Shown here in pieces: positions 57,505 to 64,000 of a DNA stretch of 64,000 nt; the stretch's first letter is position 1, and the number at the start of each line of letters is the position of its first letter. Position numbers and translations under genes: made by a program. The DNA is taken from NCBI RefSeq assembly GCF_009914755.1, contig NC_060926.1; one strand, given 5' to 3'. Under the pieces are notes generated by a model. It was not told where the DNA came from. It was given only the letters and a program-made list of their open reading frames with translations, and did no database searches. The DNA comes from the human T2T-CHM13v2.0 reference genome, Homo sapiens.

Positions 57505-57835
57505 CCCTGCAGCAGGGTTGAGGGAGCAGAAGCGGGGTCCTGCCCTGTTGCCTGGTGGCCGGGCACTCGCTGCATGCAGGGCGGAGGGATAAGGAGCAGA
57601 GTCCTGCCCTGTTGCCCAGTGGCCGGGCAATCACTGCACGCAGGGTGGAGGGAGCAGGAGCAGGGTCACGCCCTGTCACCCCGTGGCCGGCCACTCACTG
57701 CAGGCAGGTGGAGGGAGCAGGAGCAGGGTCACGCCCTGTCACCCCGTGGCCGGCCACTCACTGCAGGCAGGTGGAGGGAGCAGGGGCAGGGTCACGCCCT
57801 GTCGCCCTGTGGCCGGCCACTCACTGCACGCAGGG
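57505..57835. repeat. 63/64-bp GC-rich minisatellite, about 5 copies
   Basis: cactgcaggcaggtggagggagcagg anchors at 57632, 57696, 57759 and 57822; 5' copies more diverged. Confidence 0.92.
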
Positions 57836-58376
57836 TTTTGCTGTCTTTATGTCTTCAGGGCATTTCCATGAGAAGTGGAGGCTGCTGCCAAGACAGCATT
57901 TCAAACCATTCTTGAAGCAGGAACCACATCTGCGTGTGAATTTTTCCAGAATCTGGGGGAAGAACTTACTTGTTTCTTCGATATTCTAAATAATCAGTAC
58001 AGCTTCCGACAGCAGTGGCCTCCAAACCTGAAATAGAGGCAGTGTATGAGTCCACGAGTCTTTTTGCTTGGTTTTGCCTTGCTTGCTTTACTTGGATTCT
58101 GACACTCCACTCGCGTGTTTCCACATTCAATTCCATTTGAATGACTTTGGTGCTTCTCAGCCAGCTGTGGACCCGGCAGCCCTGAGCCCTAGCCCTTCCC
58201 CTAGCAGCCAACTCAGCACCCGTGTTCTAAGGACGCAGGAGTCTAGAAATAGCTGCGATTCAGAGCATGTTTTCCCGACAACTGCTGATTCTCTCCTGAC
58301 ACCCTAATGCTGCTCTTTCCCTATTTTAGGGATTGTTCTTTGCTGAAATTATGTGGCACACATCAAAAGTGTTCTA

Positions 58377-58560
<184 letters not shown>

Positions 58561-58758
58561 GATACCGCAGTTCACGCAGTTCAGGTATTTGTTCCGTGAA
58601 CTTGGGGGAGTCATATAAACTCAACTTTTCTTTGTCTCTCTTGCCTGTGATGAGTAACAGAAACCATCTTCCCAGAAACTATCCCCACCCACCCCCAGCC
58701 CAGCCCGAGCAGCCCAGACCCAGGAAGGAGGTCAGAGCCTGCGTGACTGTGTGGCAAG

Positions 58759-58802
58759 GATCCCCCTCAAAGCAGGCAGTGATCCCCCTCAAAGCAGGCA
58801 GT
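58759..58802. repeat. Perfect 22-bp tandem duplication
   Basis: GATCCCCCTCAAAGCAGGCAGT twice. Confidence 0.95.
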
Positions 58803-59227
58803 GATGACCAGGCTCCCCAGGGGAAGGAAAAATGGTTGATTACCCCACCTCACTTTCTCAAGTTCCTGAAAGCCTCCCATCTTTTCAGGATGTTTTCCTT
58901 CTGCTTCCTTTCTGGGGTGATATTGCAATGCATGTGTCAGTCCCATTGTTCTAGCTGCCTTGAAGGAGTTCCAGAAACAGGCATGGCTGGTGTGAGAGGA
59001 GGCGTCCTTGTCACCATCCTTTGTTGCCTCCCATCTGTGGTCAGCACGGAGGCTGCCCTGGGTCTTGGCCGGCCCCTGGAGCTGGAGGAGGTGCTGGGCC
59101 ATGGTTTGGAAGCTCGCATGGTCCCAGCCTCAGAGCCCCGTTCTCTGTGACCTGGCTGGGTCAAAGCCTGGCCCCAGAACAGCCCCTCCCTCCCCACCCA
59201 CAGCTGTGCCCAGCTACGAACACTGTA

Positions 59228-59578
<351 letters not shown>

Positions 59579-59779
59579 TCACAGGTGTTTTGTTTTTCTG
59601 AGAAGAAGGTGACTTTTCCCGGTTGCTGTCCATGCAGACTGTGAGGGATGTTCACATGTCACATTTCTCACCGGAGTCCTCGTCCCATCGCCTCCTCTCT
59701 CCCTGCCGCGGTTCGGAAGCTCCACGGGGGCCAGTGTTGTTCAGGCCTCACCAGTCCTTGGTCATGCCACCCGGGCTGA

Positions 59780-60880
59780 GTTCATTTACCTGCTCATTCA
59801 TGTATTCACTTTTCCTCCGATTCAACAAAAAAAAAAATTGATTACCCCCCGGCATGTCCTAATATACTGCAGCCTTCGAAAGAGATGTAGTCCTCATCTG
59901 AAAGGTCATCCTTTCAAGTGTCCATCCATCCACTGGGCAGATTTTTACTTAGCACATTCCCTGTGCTGGGGACTTCCCCGGGCACTGGGGACACTGTAGT
60001 GCACAAACCGAAGTCCCCACGCTCTGTGACCCTGAAGATAAACTGCTGAGCAGACAGCTCTGTAACATGCCAAGTGTTGGAAAGGGCTCCAGAGGAAATA
60101 GGGTGGAGAGAGGAACAAGAAGGGCAAGTGGGGAGGTTGCTGTTTTCTGTGGGGTGCCAGAGGAGGGCTCCTGGGAAAGGTGATGTTCATGGCAGTGGGA
60201 AAGACAGCAGGTGCAACAGTGGAGAAGGATGCCAGCCTGACCTGTCTGACTCTCAGCATGGGGGCTGTTGTGGCTGAGCAGAGAGATCCGAAGGAAGAGT
60301 GGGGAGAAATGAGGGAGGGGAGACAGCTGGGGGCGAGACTCCCTGGGGCTGTGTAGGCAGCAGTAAGACTTGGATTTTCCCCCTAGCAAGAGGGGTGGCT
60401 ATTGGACAGCTCAGACAGAAACCTGGCTGCTCTGGCCTGTGTTAAGAGGATTCCTCCTCGCACTGTGTGGAGGACAGCCCTGGATGGCCGGGCAGGTTAC
60501 GCACTGCAGAAGCCCTGGGAGCACCCTTCACACTGACTCCTGTGTGAATGACCATCACAGCCTGGGCGGGGCTGGCTGTAGGAGCAGCAGACCAGCAGGG
60601 GCAAGAGCAGAAGCCAGAGACCAGGCTGGACGTTGGCACAGTGACCGCAGGAGAGAAGAATGTTGCCAGACCAGAGTGGAGCCATGGGCTGCAGAGGTGG
60701 AGAAGTATTTGCATTCTGTATGCCTTCTGCAAGTAGAGCCTGTGGGGTTTGCTGATGGATTGAATATGGGATGGGAGAGAGAGGGAGATCAAAGATGGTC
60801 CCGGGGTTTTCCCCTGCATGACCAAAGTGGATGTTGAGGTTTGACCTGTGCCAGTGTGGGAAGCTGGGTAAATGTCGGGT
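59780..60880. mobile_element. L2 remnants
   Basis: gtagagcctgtggggtttgctgatggattgaatatgggatg and aagacttggattttc, typical L2 text. Confidence 0.65.
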
Positions 60881-61645
60881 TCTGGGGGGAAACCTGGTTG
60901 CCTCTGCTGGGCACTCGGCCCTCAGGCCTCCACATCCTCCTTGAAATGCGTATCGGGTCACTCTGGGGTATGGGTTTCTGATTAGGGGAGTTCAGAGGCT
61001 TATTCACAGCCCCTAAGGTATAGACTAAAATTAATTTATGTAACATGTATCATACTCTTTAAGTTGGAGGTTTTAAAAATGAATTTTAATTTAAAAATTG
61101 TCAAACATACCCCAAATTAGAGAGGCTAGTACGAAGAACACCTATACATCTGTCACCCAGATTCAACAAGGTTTTACCATATTGCTTTACCTGGCTCTTT
61201 CTTTCTTTTTCTGGGTGTCTTTGCTCACAGTATTTTGAAGCACATTCCAGGTGCAGGGTCACCTCGCTTTTCAGTGTGCACATCTAAAGCAGCACTGTGT
61301 TCTCACACAACCACAATGCTTTCACATCTAATCAAATTCACTTGAATTCCTTGGTATCATCTAATATCTAAAACATAATAAACTTTTTTCCAATTATGTC
61401 AAAAAGTGTCATATTACAATTGGTTGGTTTGAATCAGGATCTAGAGAGTCCACGCATCATGTCTGGGTGTTCTGCCTCCTACACCTCCTTCCATCTGGGA
61501 AGCTCCCTCCCTGCCATGTTGCTGTGGAAACCAAGGCACTGGATCAGTAGAGCACCCTACAGTCTGGCTGCTTGCTTCCCTCCAGTGTCATTTCACTTGT
61601 TCCTCTCTCCTCTGTATTTCCTGTAAGTGAAAATTAGCTCTAGGA

Positions 61646-61945
61646 CAGTGCTGTTAGAAATGTAATATGAGCCACATATGTAATTTAAAATTTTATATTA
61701 GCCACATTTTTAAAAAGCGAAATGCATAAAATCTATTTTAATAATATATTTTATGTAAATTGATACATCAAAAGAGCATTTCAGCATGTAATCAATATAA
61801 AAAATTGTTAATGAGAGATGTTACACTCTTTTTATTGCATTAAGCCTTTGGAATCTGGCATGTACTTTGCACGGGTAGCCTCTCAGCTTTAGTTCACAGG
61901 CTCGGGCGCTGCCCGTGGCTGCATTGGGCTGTGCAGCTCCAGCGT
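61646..61945. mobile_element. MER33-like DNA transposon within an old L1 remnant (~61090-61640)
   Basis: atatgagccacatatgtaatttaaaatttt ... tagccacatt. Confidence 0.75.
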
Positions 61946-62159
61946 CTCCACCAGATTCTGGCGTACCTTTTGCTCCTAGGTGGTGCTGTGTGCTTCCTGT
62001 TGTGTGGCACTGGGAGGCCCTCAGTGGTCGTCCCATGTTTAGTGAAAAGTAGGTGCAGGTGGTGACGGCGGATCTTTCCATCATAAACTTGTCCATCATG
62101 AAAGCAGTGGCGCCCCCACTCTCTGGATGGAGAAGACTGGAGAGAAGTCAGGGAATTAA

Positions 62160-62510
62160 AAGCCCCAACTTGCACCTTACCTTTCAAGTTCCTATTTGAC
62201 ATCCACAGGGAAAAATAAACTACACAGTTGGATCTGAGTCTGGAATTCAAGATCTGAGCTGGAGATATAAATTTGGGAGTTGTCAGTGTGTCAATGATGT
62301 GAACACGGCTGGATGAGATCACCAAGGGCACCAGTGCCAGTGCCGAGAGGTCACAGAGATGCAGAACCAGCAAAGGGAGTTGGACATTGTCCCAGAGGCC
62401 AAGTGAGATGAGAAGTGCCAAATGGATATAAAGGTTACAGCAACCTTGATGAGAGCTGGTTCAGTGGAGTAATGCGGTGAGCACCTGGTTGATGTAGGTT
62501 CAAGAGAGGA
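62160..62510. mobile_element. L2 remnant
   Basis: gctggagatataaatttgggagttgtcag ... ggatgagatcacc. Confidence 0.75.
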
Positions 62511-62683
62511 GATTCCTCAAAAAAGTGAAATAGAATTACCATATAATTTGGCAGTTGTACTTCTGAGTGTTCACCGAAAAGACCTAAAAGCAGTGTCTCA
62601 AAGAGGTACTTGTACAGCAGTGTTCATAGCAGCATATACACTAGCAACAAACTATCCAAAAAAGAAATCAAGAAAACAATCTT

Positions 62684-63221
62684 GGCTGGGCACAGTGGCT
62701 CACACCTGTAATCCCAGCATTTGGGGAGGCCAAGGAGAGAGGACTGCCTGATCTCAGGTTGAGAATGTTGTGAGCCATGATCGTGCCACTGCACTCCAGC
62801 CTGGGCTACAGAGTGAGACCCTGTTATGTGGTTTGGCCCTGTGTCCCCACCCAAATCTCATGTTGAATTATGATCTTTGTGTTGGGGGAGGAGCCTGATG
62901 GGAGGTAATTGGATCATGGGGGCAGATTTCTCCCTTTCTGTTCTTGTGATAGTGAGTTCTCCCGAGATCTGGTTGTTTAAAAGTGTGTAGCACTTCCCCC
63001 TTCACTCTCTCTCTCCTGCCGCCATGTGAAAGTGCTTGCTTCCCCTTTACCCTTCCACCATGATTGTAAGTTTCCTGAGACCTCCCCAGCCATGCTTCCT
63101 GTATAGCCTGTGGAACTGTGAATCAATTAAATCTCTTTTCTTCATAAATTACCCAGTCCCAGGTAACTGTTTATATCAGTGTGAGAACAGAGTAATACAC
63201 CCTGTCTCAAAAAAGAAAAAT
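62684..63221 (+). mobile_element. Monomeric old Alu, split by an MST LTR
   Basis: Alu body 62684-62823 resumes as ccctgtctcaaaaaag at 63200; flanking aagaaaacaatc / aagaaaagaatc. Confidence 0.88.
62824..63199 (+). mobile_element. MSTA-like MaLR solo LTR
   Basis: tggtttggccctgtgtccccacccaaatctcatgttgaatt start, agtaataca end; 5-bp TSD CCCTG at 62819-62823 and 63200-63204. Confidence 0.92.
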
Positions 63222-64000
63222 AAAGAAAAGAATCCCATTTACAATAGCTACAAAAAAAGCACTTTAGGATTAAATGTAAACAAGGAGGTGAAGGATCTGT
63301 ACATTAAGAACTACAAAACATGATGAAAAAAATTGAAAGAGACACAAATAAATGTGAAGATATCCCATGTTCATGGACTGGAAGAATTAATATTGTTAAA
63401 ATGCCCATGCTACCCAAAGCAATCTACAGATTCAATGCAGTCCCTATCAAAACTCCAATGACATTGCTCACAAAAATAGAAAAAATAAAATAAAATTTGT
63501 ACCAAATCAGAAAAGACTCCTAATAGTCAAAGCAATCTTGAGCAATAAGAACAAAGCTGGAGACATCACACTACCTGATTCCAAAATCTAATGCAAAGCT
63601 GTAACCATCAAAACAGCATGGTACTGGCATAAACAGAAACAGGTGGACCAGTGGAAGAATAGCGAGCCCAGAAATAAATCCACGCATTTCCAGTCGATTG
63701 TTTTTTGACACAGTTGCCAAGATCACACTATGGGGAAAGGATAATCTCCTCAATAAGTGATGTTGGGGAAAACTGTCCACCTGCAGAAGAATGAAATTAG
63801 ACCCTCATCTCATTCCATATAAAAAAATCAACTCAAAATGTATTAAAGACTTAAATGTAAGACCTGAAACTATAAAACTAGTAGGAGAAAACATAAGGCG
63901 AAAGCTCCATGATATTGTTCCAAAAACAATGATTTTTTTGGATATGACTCAAGAGCACAGGCAACAAAAGAAAAAACAGACAAACGGGATTGCACTAAAC
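63222..64000 (+). mobile_element. L1 ORF2 remnant (sense strand, disrupted)
   Basis: aatcccatttacaatagc; [24 protein letters not shown] and KTAWYWHK-like ORF2 segments with stops. Confidence 0.92.

Overview
Primate (almost certainly human or great-ape) genomic DNA, not microbial: GC-rich and dense in Alu, MIR, L1, L2 and MaLR repeats. The only host coding sequence I can support is the first coding exon of LRRFIP1 (37625-37720, + strand, MDMGTQGSGRKRLPNRERLTAEDDALNQIARE) in a CpG island; everything downstream is its first intron. From recalled 2q37.3 synteny plus a strong minus-strand donor at 395, the left end is probably the non-coding first exon/promoter of RAB17, with a candidate divergent spliced lncRNA. 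Between the genes lies a full two-LTR, internally deleted HERV-H provirus (16769-22641; 414-bp LTR7s, CCAGC target-site duplication, perfect tRNA-His PBS) oriented towards LRRFIP1. The best leads are: (1) a 75-nt ATG-initiated, phase-0 cryptic exon just downstream of the provirus that could join the HERV-H splice donor to LRRFIP1 in frame; (2) patchy LTR-LTR identity suggesting gene conversion; (3) an antisense Alu with both splice sites in LRRFIP1 intron 1; (4) several minisatellites and nested insertions. I found no clearly new biological system, and all of these leads are hypotheses. Nearly all ORFs in the supplied track are spurious. Repeat subfamily names come from remembered consensus sequences, and the boundaries of old repeats are approximate.
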